64,000 nucleotides of DNA from Bacteroidales bacterium (GTDB lineage Bacteria; Bacteroidota; Bacteroidia; Bacteroidales; FEN-979), in assembly GCA_014860625.1 (NCBI GenBank), contig JACZJJ010000039.1:871-64870 (forward strand), given 5' to 3'. The notes beneath the pieces were generated by a model that was not told the DNA's origin, made no database searches, and saw only the letters and a list, made by a program, of their open reading frames with translations. Positions 1 through 7,884 of this stretch are shown here, one piece after another. How positions within the stretch are numbered: position 1 is the stretch's first letter; every line of letters begins with the position of its first letter. The translations under genes were made by a program, and so were the position numbers.

Positions 1-146
1 CTGGAAGAACCATTTTCCGGAAATTATTTCCTTACGGCGAGACAAGAGTCTCAGTTGATCAAATTCTGAAGAACGATGCCCCCGGAATGTTTGTGGTAAC
101 AGTAACAACAAGATCTCTAATGAAATCTGTAAAGATTATCAGGTAA
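1..146 (+). CDS. 3' end of an upstream gene; the tail resembles the end of a T9SS C-terminal sorting domain
   Basis: Frame 3 is open from base 3 to TAA at 144-146. It reads ...DAPGMFVVTVTTRSLMKSVKIIR*, a beta-strand-rich ending typical of Bacteroidota CTD cargo. Only 47 codons are visible. Confidence 0.4.
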   Translation, partial: GRTIFRKLFPYGETRVSVDQILKNDAPGMFVVTVTTRSLMKSVKIIR

Positions 147-157
147 CAATAAGCCTT

Positions 158-1576
158 ATGGCCTCTCCCTGTTGTATTCGCATTCCGGTGGTTTTGGCCT
201 TCTTAATCATGGTGGGAATATCCGCTTTGGCCCAAACTTATGTTGTTCAGGGAGTAATCAAAGACAACAATTCATTGGAGCCGGTCAGCAATGTCAACAT
301 TATAGTAAACGGGACCAACGATGGTGTGTTTTCGGATCGCGACGGAAGATTTTCGCTTACACTAAAACGTATCCCGTCCTCTATCACATTATCCTGTGTG
401 GGTTATGAGCCACTATATTTTGAGATTGACAACATCCCCGAGAAACCACTAGAACTGATCCTGAGGCAGAGTGCCTATACACTTCAGGAGATTGACATCA
501 ATGCAACCCGGTACAGCTATGTTTACAAAGACCGGGAATATTCCATCCAGGACTACGAAATCATGGATGACAGGCTTCTGCTGTTGGTATTCCGGTACCA
601 GCTGAAGTATTCTGAACTTGTCCTGCTCACAATGAACGGGGATACAATAACCATTTCCCCTGTTCCAGAGCAAAAACCGAAATGCCTGTTTAAAGATTTT
701 CTTGGAAATATACATTACATCTCTACAAAAGGGAGTTCTTTTCAATGCTATTATAATGAACTGGTTAAGAAGATTGAGTTTCCTTTCACTTCTACATATG
801 ATTCTCTTTTGCGAACCGTTAAACCGTTTTTGTTCAGTACCGGCAATCGGTTTTATTTCCAGGAGTTCACGCCAGATGGAATGGGAACAAATTACGGGTA
901 TTATGATACTGCCCACCATAAGAAGTATTTCCAGGTCAAACAGGATGAGAAAGCCCGAAAAAGTTTTGCTGACGATGTCAGGTTCTACAACCGATGGAAC
1001 GATGCCCTGTTGGCGAACCAGGAATCTATATCCAGCCCGGATGTTCCTGATAACAAAAGCCAATCAACATTAAACACTTCACATCTGGGGATGTTACCTT
1101 TGGTAAGCGGCACTGATCTTCAGGCCAACAAAACCTTCAATTATCACAGGATAAATGCTCCGTTAATTAAACTGGGTGATGACGAAATGGCTGTGTTTAA
1201 CTTTACAGAAGGTATCATAGAATTCATGAGTCTGGAAGGGAAAGTATATCGTACCGTACCCATTACTTTCCAGAAAGAGAAAGATGGAAATCTTCTGGCA
1301 GGTTTACTGGGTGTGTTTGTGCCTTTTTCTGAATGGGAATGGAGTGGAAAGATCTACATTGATGGTTACTTCAGGGATGTTTATACTACTTTTATCAAAC
1401 AGGGCATGGTTCAGATCAGGAAGATTGACCTGGAAACCGGAAAACTGGTCAGAACGTTCAATGTGCCTTTCTCTTTCCCTGAAAAAATTGAAATTTACCA
1501 GGGAAATTCGTATTTCTTGATTAAGGAATCCGCTGAGGATTTCGGCAAATGGAGGCTTGGAAAGCTAAAGATGTAA
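158..1576 (+). CDS. Secreted hypothetical protein with an N-terminal carboxypeptidase-regulatory-like (CarboxypepD_reg) domain
   Basis: 472-aa ORF. It has a signal-like N-terminus (VVLAFLIMVGISALAQ) followed by YVVQGVIKD..PVSNVNIIVNGTNDGVFSDRDGRFSL, the classic CarboxypepD_reg motif. I do not recognise the rest. Confidence 0.6.
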   Translation: MASPCCIRIPVVLAFLIMVGISALAQTYVVQGVIKDNNSLEPVSNVNIIVNGTNDGVFSDRDGRFSLTLKRIPSSITLSCVGYEPLYFEIDNIPEKPLELILRQSAYTLQEIDINATRYSYVYKDREYSIQDYEIMDDRLLLLVFRYQLKYSELVLLTMNGDTITISPVPEQKPKCLFKDFLGNIHYISTKGSSFQCYYNELVKKIEFPFTSTYDSLLRTVKPFLFSTGNRFYFQEFTPDGMGTNYGYYDTAHHKKYFQVKQDEKARKSFADDVRFYNRWNDALLANQESISSPDVPDNKSQSTLNTSHLGMLPLVSGTDLQANKTFNYHRINAPLIKLGDDEMAVFNFTEGIIEFMSLEGKVYRTVPITFQKEKDGNLLAGLLGVFVPFSEWEWSGKIYIDGYFRDVYTTFIKQGMVQIRKIDLETGKLVRTFNVPFSFPEKIEIYQGNSYFLIKESAEDFGKWRLGKLKM

Positions 1577-1622
1577 TCAAAATAAATTTATTGCGTCTAA
1601 AGGTTTTTTAGAATCCATTGAC

Positions 1623-3122
1623 ATGAATATGAAAACAAGATTATTGCAAAACATCGCGCTGGCAGTCGCCCTTGTTCTGTATACGGCATATGGGAAAGCG
1701 CAAACATCCTCTTCATTCTCTCTTCAGTTTCAAAAAGAGATGAGTCCCATTCCTCTCTCAGGCAGGGCATTCGTGATCCTTAGCAGTGATACTGCAGTAA
1801 GCCCTGATATTCCCGATCCCTTTCATCCATTTATCACATTTGGTATGAATTTCAGAAACTGGAATCCTGGTGAGCAACTTCTGCTCAATCAGAAAAACGT
1901 GGATTTTTTTCTCTTATCACCTGATAGTTTAAGAGGATATTATTCGCTCCGGGTGGTGATTGATACAGATACTACAAGCAGTATCCTGGAACAGAACGGA
2001 ACCTGTTTCAGCGATGAGATCAGGATATATGCAGAACCCGGAAAAGCAAACCGGTTTGAAGTGGAAATAAAGCATATGCTCAGCGGGCGCGGCTTCCGGG
2101 AGAAAAAAAACATCCGGTTACTCCGTGTGGAAAGCAAACTGCTGAGCGATTTTTACAAGCAGCCATCCTATATCGAAGCAGCAGTGATTCTGCCAAATTC
2201 CTATTTTGAGGATAGTCTGAAACAATATCCCACCATGTATGTATTCCCAGGATGGGGGTCTACACATACGGCAGCCACGCGAAACAACTTCCAGCAAACG
2301 CGGTACGGCATGACGGGGATCGGAGAAGAAAAGATAACGGTCTTCCTCAACCAGGACTGCTCCTATGGCTTTCATGTATTTGCCGATTCCTACAATAACG
2401 GACCCCGGTCAAGTTCTTTTATCAGTGAGTTCATCCCTGCCTTTGAGTCAAAATTCAGAGCCATTTCCGATCCGCATGCCCGTTTTCTGACAGGCCAGTC
2501 TTCAGGTGGTTGGGCAGCGTTATGGCTAATGGTAAATTATCCAGATACTTTCGGCATGGTGTGGGCTGCGTCCCCAGATCCGGTCGACTTCCGGGAGTTC
2601 ATGCACATAAATCTCTATGCCCCGGATGCCAACCTCTACTATCAATCAAATGGATCACTCACTCCGGGAATCCGGTCCGACAAAATAACGTTCCCTATCA
2701 GGGAGTGGATCGACATGGAAACCACCATGGGTAATGGAGGACAGTTCCAATCATTTGAAGCCGTATTCGGAAAACAGGGAACCAACCGCAAACCACAGCC
2801 CTTGTTTGACAGACAAACAGGAAACATTTCACCGACAACAATCAAAGACTGGGAATCATATGATATCAATCGGATTATACTAAAACAAGGGAAAGATATC
2901 AAAGACAAGCTGGATGGAAAAATTACCATTGTTGTTGCCGGAGATGATCCCTTTTTCCTCGACCTGCCGGTCAGAAAGTTAAAAGAGACCTGCGAGCAAA
3001 CCGGGATCAACGCCGATATCAGAATATTAACTGAAGGAGGACACAACACATGGAGTGATGAAATCAGGCAGGAGATGCATCGGAAAATGGATGATATTTA
3101 CAAGAATAACCGTTCAAAGTAA
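1623..3122 (+). CDS. Putative esterase (alpha/beta hydrolase, enterochelin-esterase-like family)
   Basis: 499-aa ORF with a signal peptide and the nucleophile elbow GQSSGGWAALW (GxSxG). A C-terminal GGHNTW fits the catalytic His region. Confidence 0.65.
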   Translation: MNMKTRLLQNIALAVALVLYTAYGKAQTSSSFSLQFQKEMSPIPLSGRAFVILSSDTAVSPDIPDPFHPFITFGMNFRNWNPGEQLLLNQKNVDFFLLSPDSLRGYYSLRVVIDTDTTSSILEQNGTCFSDEIRIYAEPGKANRFEVEIKHMLSGRGFREKKNIRLLRVESKLLSDFYKQPSYIEAAVILPNSYFEDSLKQYPTMYVFPGWGSTHTAATRNNFQQTRYGMTGIGEEKITVFLNQDCSYGFHVFADSYNNGPRSSSFISEFIPAFESKFRAISDPHARFLTGQSSGGWAALWLMVNYPDTFGMVWAASPDPVDFREFMHINLYAPDANLYYQSNGSLTPGIRSDKITFPIREWIDMETTMGNGGQFQSFEAVFGKQGTNRKPQPLFDRQTGNISPTTIKDWESYDINRIILKQGKDIKDKLDGKITIVVAGDDPFFLDLPVRKLKETCEQTGINADIRILTEGGHNTWSDEIRQEMHRKMDDIYKNNRSK

Positions 3123-3138
3123 TCAGCAATTTTACGGG

Positions 3139-4353
3139 ATGAGAAGAAATATTCTACTAATAGTAATTTGCGCCTCACTCGTTGCATGCTTTAGGGAGAA
3201 GCAAAACCTGGTGACCGTTCCCTTTACTCTCGACCACAACCGGATGCTGGTGGATGGGAAAATTCAACGAAACGACAGTACCTGGCGAAAAGCAGTCCTG
3301 TGGGTCGACACCGGAAACCCGGATCTCTTTCTCAGTCCGGAACTGGCGAATGATCTCGGGATTGAATTGCCAACTGACAGCCTGCTTCCGGATCATGGAT
3401 TCGTCGAAGTATTTCCACCTAAAAGCATCCGATTGGCCGGAATGGAGCTGAATCTGGATAGTGTAACCTGCTATGTGGTTGTGAGCCGATACTGGTTCTT
3501 CACGGCATCCCATTGCGACATGAATCTTCCCTCAACCATACTGAAACGGTATGATGTGGTCCTGGATTATCCCGAAAGGGAACTGACCCTCGCCAAACCC
3601 GGAGAGATTAAATTCAACGGACTGCCAGTTGCAGCTGATATCCGGGCTGAAACAGGGATCATCCAGATTGAAGCTATGATGGAGGAAGACAGCCTGAGTT
3701 TTGCCCTCGATAATGGTGCATCGTACAGCTTTGGGTCCACTGAATTGCTCGACCTCCTGCAGGAAACTGAACCAGATCTGCCAGTGTGCACAGGCGCCGT
3801 AGGCTGTGCAAACATCTGGGGATTGGTCCCGCGGGAGGAGAGCTGGGCAGTTGTCAGGATTCCCAAACTGAAGTGGGGAGCCATTTCGCTGACAGATGTC
3901 GGGATGACCATCCCTCCTGATTTCACACCCGATGGTAAGGGGATGATGAATTGGTACTCTCAAAAAACCGTGCATCCGGTGGACGGATTTCTCGGACCGA
4001 ATGCCTACAACGCTTTTTGTTTAGGAATTGATTACCGAAATCAATTGATATATTTTTATCAGAGCGGGGAACCTGAACCGAACGATATGGACCTGGTGGG
4101 GTTAACCTTACATCCCGAAGCCGACAGCTCCTGGGTTGTCATCGGTGTGGCCAGGACAAATGGGAAACCCTTAGTAGAAGGAGTAAAGGCAGGGGATAAA
4201 CTCCTGCAAATCGACGACCTAAAAACTACCGGAGCGACCATGGGAACAGTTGTGGATGCCTTGAGAGGGAAGCCTGGAGAAAAGCGAACCGTGATCCTTG
4301 AACGAAACGGGGCACGAATTTCCGTCGTTGCAAAGATTACGAGAATAATCTAA
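3139..4353 (+). CDS. Retropepsin-like aspartyl protease domain protein with a C-terminal PDZ domain
   Basis: The ATG at 3139 (MRRNILLIVICASLVAC) gives a lipoprotein-like signal. Motifs are VDTGNP and LDNGASYS (DTG/DNG aspartyl-protease-like). The C-terminal GVKAGDKLLQIDD...GKPGEKRTVILERNG is PDZ-like. The upstream part of the 3055 ORF overlaps the esterase gene and was trimmed. Confidence 0.55.
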   Translation: MRRNILLIVICASLVACFREKQNLVTVPFTLDHNRMLVDGKIQRNDSTWRKAVLWVDTGNPDLFLSPELANDLGIELPTDSLLPDHGFVEVFPPKSIRLAGMELNLDSVTCYVVVSRYWFFTASHCDMNLPSTILKRYDVVLDYPERELTLAKPGEIKFNGLPVAADIRAETGIIQIEAMMEEDSLSFALDNGASYSFGSTELLDLLQETEPDLPVCTGAVGCANIWGLVPREESWAVVRIPKLKWGAISLTDVGMTIPPDFTPDGKGMMNWYSQKTVHPVDGFLGPNAYNAFCLGIDYRNQLIYFYQSGEPEPNDMDLVGLTLHPEADSSWVVIGVARTNGKPLVEGVKAGDKLLQIDDLKTTGATMGTVVDALRGKPGEKRTVILERNGARISVVAKITRII

Positions 4354-4366
4354 GGGTCAGACTTAC

Positions 4367-4912
4367 CTATTCCGACAAATCTGACATTAACCTCTTTTTC
4401 ACTCTGTCGGCCACCCGATCCGCTGCAAAACTGAAATGCTGCTGAACAATAACCCACTTCCCTTTCCGCTTTTCCAACACGCCGGTCCACCGGGTATCCT
4501 TCCAACAACCTACCTGGCCACTGTATTCCCCGCAATCATCCAGCTCTGCCCGAAACCAGGCAACATCCCCGGCAGGGCCAATGGATATGTTCAAGTCGCG
4601 GATTTCGTGACTCACATAATGGTTCGCCGAATCGATCCAACCATCTGAGTAACCCCGGAATTGTTCGATTCCTCTTACTGTGGCATCAGAGGTTGGCTGG
4701 AACATAAAGAATGCTGTGTCATCCGCCATGGTTGCAAAAAGCAGGTCAAAATCTTTGGTTTTAAACCAGCTTATTGAGTTATCGATTACCGTAGCGATAG
4801 TCTGGATCTCTGCTTCATTGATAATTTTTTGCTTCTCTGTGGTACACGAATGAAGAGCTATAAATAGGAGCAAACTTGTGCAAGTAAAAATGAGGTGAAT
4901 ACACTTTTTCAT
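4367..4912 (-). CDS. SnoaL-like / DUF4440 (NTF2-fold) lipoprotein
   Basis: ATG at 4912 (MKKCIHLIFTCTSLLLFIALHSC, lipobox). The body (ISWFKTKDFDLL...WTGVLEKRKGKWVIVQQHFSFA) is typical of SnoaL/DUF4440 proteins. Confidence 0.5.
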   Translation of the reverse strand: MKKCIHLIFTCTSLLLFIALHSCTTEKQKIINEAEIQTIATVIDNSISWFKTKDFDLLFATMADDTAFFMFQPTSDATVRGIEQFRGYSDGWIDSANHYVSHEIRDLNISIGPAGDVAWFRAELDDCGEYSGQVGCWKDTRWTGVLEKRKGKWVIVQQHFSFAADRVADRVKKRLMSDLSE

Positions 4913-5106
4913 ACAGTTGATTTTCTTGTAAAGATAAGAAGGAGATACCATCATGTCCTTCTGAACGCCAATATTTTAGCTGAACTTGAATCCTAACTGG
5001 ATAATCTCAGGAATTGCATGGATGAAAATCGATCTGACTATCTGAGCTGCTACCCTCCCGTACAAATTTACATCAAGCAACGGATTTCCTATTCCCCGAA
5101 ATAGTG

Positions 5107-5114
5107 TATTTTTG
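5107..5114 (+). promoter_or_regulatory. Bacteroidota sigma-A -7 box (TAnnTTTG) for the DUF1846 gene
   Basis: TATTTTTG lies 18 nt upstream of the ATG at 5133. The box covers the alternative ATG at 5112, which argues for the 5133 start. Confidence 0.5.
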
Positions 5115-5132
5115 AACCTTATAATAAAGCGC

Positions 5133-6650
5133 ATGGCAGAAAAGATCGGTTTTGACAATGAGAAATATCTGGAAGAGCAATCGGCAGAGATCCTGAAAAG
5201 GGTTGACCGGTTTCAGGGTAAACTGTACCTCGAATTTGGAGGAAAACTTCTTTATGACTATCACGCTTCCCGGGTTCTTCCCGGATTTGACCCGAACGTC
5301 AAAATGCGTCTTCTTCAAAAGCTCAAGGACAAGATCAACGTAATCCTTTGCATCTATGCCGGAGACATTGAACGCAAAAAGATGCGTGCCGATTTCGGGA
5401 TCACCTATGATGCCGACTCGCTCAAGACGATCGACGACTTCAAGGAGTGGGGAATCGATGTCAACGCTGTAGTTATTACACGATACGCCGGACAGCCTTC
5501 CGCCAAAGCGTTCAAAAACAAGCTGGAGCGAAGGGGTGTGAAGGTTTACACCCATCAGTTCACCAAAGGGTATCCAACTGATGTGGACCAGATTGTCAGT
5601 GATGAGGGGTATGGATCCAACGAATATATTCCAACCGATAAACCGATTGTGATCGTAACAGGACCTGGTCCCGGAAGCGGTAAACTGGGCACCTGCCTGG
5701 GACAACTCTACCACGAGTACCGAAGAGGTGCGAAAGTGGGTTACGCCAAATTTGAGACCTTTCCCATATGGAACCTCCCGCTCAGTAAAAAGGTTAATAT
5801 TGCCTATGAAGCCGCTACGGTTGACCTGAAGGATGTCAACCTCATTGACTCACATCACCTGGAAGCCTATAGTGAAACCACCGTTAATTACAACAGGGAT
5901 ATTGAAGCATTTCCGCTGCTCAGAAAGATCATCGAGAAGATCACCGGGGAGGAGTCATTTTACCTGTCACCAACCGATATGGGAGTGAACCGTGTTGGGT
6001 TTGGCATCACGGATGATGCCGTGGTACAGGAGGCTTCACACCAGGAGATTATTCGTCGTTATTTCCGTTGTGCAGTTGAGTACGCCATGGGTTTTGTAGA
6101 CAAAGAGATCCTTGAACGGGCCGAATTGATCATGGAGAAGGTAAATGGTAAACCTGAAGACAGAGCTGTTGTCATTCCTGCACGAAAAGCAGCTGAAGAT
6201 GCTGAAAAGAACGGAAAAGGAAATGAGGGGATCTATTGCGGGGCTGCACTCCAACTGAAAGACGGGACCATCATCACCGGAAAAAATTCTCCTATGATGC
6301 ATGCCAGTTCCAGCCTGATCCTGAATGCCGCCAAACACCTCACCGGGTTGCCCGACAACATTTACCTGATCCCGGAAAATGTGATCAGCTCGATTACGTT
6401 TTTGAAAAAGGAAGTCCTCCTCGGCCGTGTGATCAGTCTTGATGTTGAAGAAACACTGATTGCCCTGAGTATCAGCGCCATATCCAATCCTGCTGCCCAA
6501 ATGGCGGTAGAGTGTCTGAAAGATCTCAGGAATTGTGAGGTACACCTTACACATATCCCCACACCGGGAGATGAGGCGGGACTGCGTAAGCTTGGAGTTA
6601 ATCTTACTTCCGACCCCGATTTCTCTTCCCGAAGCCTGTTTATCAGCTGA
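5133..6650 (+). CDS. DUF1846 (UPF0371) family protein
   Basis: [24 protein letters not shown]...[26 protein letters not shown] is the characteristic N-terminus of the UPF0371/DUF1846 family. The length of about 505 aa also fits. Confidence 0.8.
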   Translation: MAEKIGFDNEKYLEEQSAEILKRVDRFQGKLYLEFGGKLLYDYHASRVLPGFDPNVKMRLLQKLKDKINVILCIYAGDIERKKMRADFGITYDADSLKTIDDFKEWGIDVNAVVITRYAGQPSAKAFKNKLERRGVKVYTHQFTKGYPTDVDQIVSDEGYGSNEYIPTDKPIVIVTGPGPGSGKLGTCLGQLYHEYRRGAKVGYAKFETFPIWNLPLSKKVNIAYEAATVDLKDVNLIDSHHLEAYSETTVNYNRDIEAFPLLRKIIEKITGEESFYLSPTDMGVNRVGFGITDDAVVQEASHQEIIRRYFRCAVEYAMGFVDKEILERAELIMEKVNGKPEDRAVVIPARKAAEDAEKNGKGNEGIYCGAALQLKDGTIITGKNSPMMHASSSLILNAAKHLTGLPDNIYLIPENVISSITFLKKEVLLGRVISLDVEETLIALSISAISNPAAQMAVECLKDLRNCEVHLTHIPTPGDEAGLRKLGVNLTSDPDFSSRSLFIS

Positions 6651-6687
6651 CGCTTCGTCTTAAGAGGTATTTTTACAAGTCTCCCTT

Positions 6688-6722
6688 TTTCACCATTTCA
6701 CTATTTCACCATCTCACTATTG
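6688..6722. repeat. Phased 8-nt degenerate tandem array (about 4 units)
   Basis: caccattt cactattt caccatct cactatt. The reverse complement belongs to the GGTGAAAT/GGTGAGAT family that recurs at 44896-44983. It fills the convergent spacer between DUF1846 and MFS and encodes the last residues and stop of the MFS protein (..SEMVK*). Confidence 0.8.
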
Positions 6723-7870
6723 TTTTTAAAAATCAACGGTAATAACGGCAATGCCAGGAGGTTCAACCCTGCGAAGAGAATAAAGGTCCACTTGTACCCA
6801 ATGGTGTCGCTCAGGAACCCTCCACCGGCCAGACCGATACCTGATCCGATATTGGCGACGGCCATCAGGATAGCAAACATGGAGGCGGCAATCCGCATAT
6901 CTGTTTTACCCATCGAAGTGGCGAAATAGACGGTTTCGAAATAGCCGTATGACAAGCCGAACAGGAATACCAGTGGCCATGCCAGAAGCGGGTTGGTGAT
7001 CAGGGCAATCAGAAAAACCGTGACGAGAGAGGCATAGATTGCCAATCTCAGGGAGCGGGGATGGCCAATCCTGTCGGTGAGTTTCCCCCCGGTCACCCCA
7101 CCAACGATCACGCCAAGACCCCAAACTGCCGCGTAAAAGCCTGCCATCATATAGGAAATTCCGAAAGTTTCCTGCAGGAATGGATTGATCAGCTGGTTGG
7201 CTCCGCTGGCAACGATAAAACCAAGGATTCCCAGAAGTCCCAGGGCCACGATCTGTCTGTTCCCGAATGCCCGGAATGCGCTCCATTCAAAGGTTCGGCC
7301 GGGCGGGCGCGAAGGCTCTTTCAGAATCAGCACCAGGGGAATCGGAATAAGTGTCATCACTGCAAGCGAAATGAATACTGCATCCCAGTTGGCAAGCTGC
7401 GAAAGTATGCCAACTGTTGCCGAGATCAGCACGATGCCGAGCGCCCGCCCGGCCACCATGATGCCCTGTACCGTCCCCTCATCCTCCTTGGGGGTTGTAT
7501 CCAGGGCAAACCCGTCGGTACAGGTATCGTACATGGCCATCCCTGTCAGGGATAAAAAAGCAACCATCGTAAGCAGAACAAATGATTCCGAAGGATTGAT
7601 CAGCATGAATACCAGTTGTCCACCTGCCTGAATCAGCAGTCCGATGATGATATAGGGTTTTCGGTAACCCATGCCGAAAAGGTTCACGCGGTCGCTCAGC
7701 ATACCCAGGAAAATTTTCAGGATCAGCGGCATCAGGGCAACAGCGGAAAAGATGCCGATCTGGCTCATGGAGATTCCGAACGATCGAAGGTAGATGGCGT
7801 TAAGTGCGGTAAAATAACCCAGAATAGACCCCTGCGCAAAGTAGAGCATGGAGAAAGTTGCGTAACGCAT
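6701..7870 (-). CDS. MFS transporter
   Basis: About 390 aa and multi-pass hydrophobic, with the MFS loop motif GMLSDRVNLFGMGYRKP. The first ATG is at 7870, and a GTG at 7888 would overlap the selD stop. It lies immediately downstream of nifS-selD on the same strand. Confidence 0.8.
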   Translation of the reverse strand: MRYATFSMLYFAQGSILGYFTALNAIYLRSFGISMSQIGIFSAVALMPLILKIFLGMLSDRVNLFGMGYRKPYIIIGLLIQAGGQLVFMLINPSESFVLLTMVAFLSLTGMAMYDTCTDGFALDTTPKEDEGTVQGIMVAGRALGIVLISATVGILSQLANWDAVFISLAVMTLIPIPLVLILKEPSRPPGRTFEWSAFRAFGNRQIVALGLLGILGFIVASGANQLINPFLQETFGISYMMAGFYAAVWGLGVIVGGVTGGKLTDRIGHPRSLRLAIYASLVTVFLIALITNPLLAWPLVFLFGLSYGYFETVYFATSMGKTDMRIAASMFAILMAVANIGSGIGLAGGGFLSDTIGYKWTFILFAGLNLLALPLLPLIFKNNSEMVK

Positions 7871-7884
7871 CCGTTTTGTTCCTG

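Noticed and set aside
449-7631. Numerous 60-200-aa antisense or out-of-frame ORFs inside strong CDSs (for example 449-1063, 5073-5714, 6036-6554, 7061-7555, 7185-7631, and many similar ones further along).
   Set aside because: Each is fully nested in a longer ORF that has clear family motifs. None has motifs, a signal peptide or a plausible promoter of its own.
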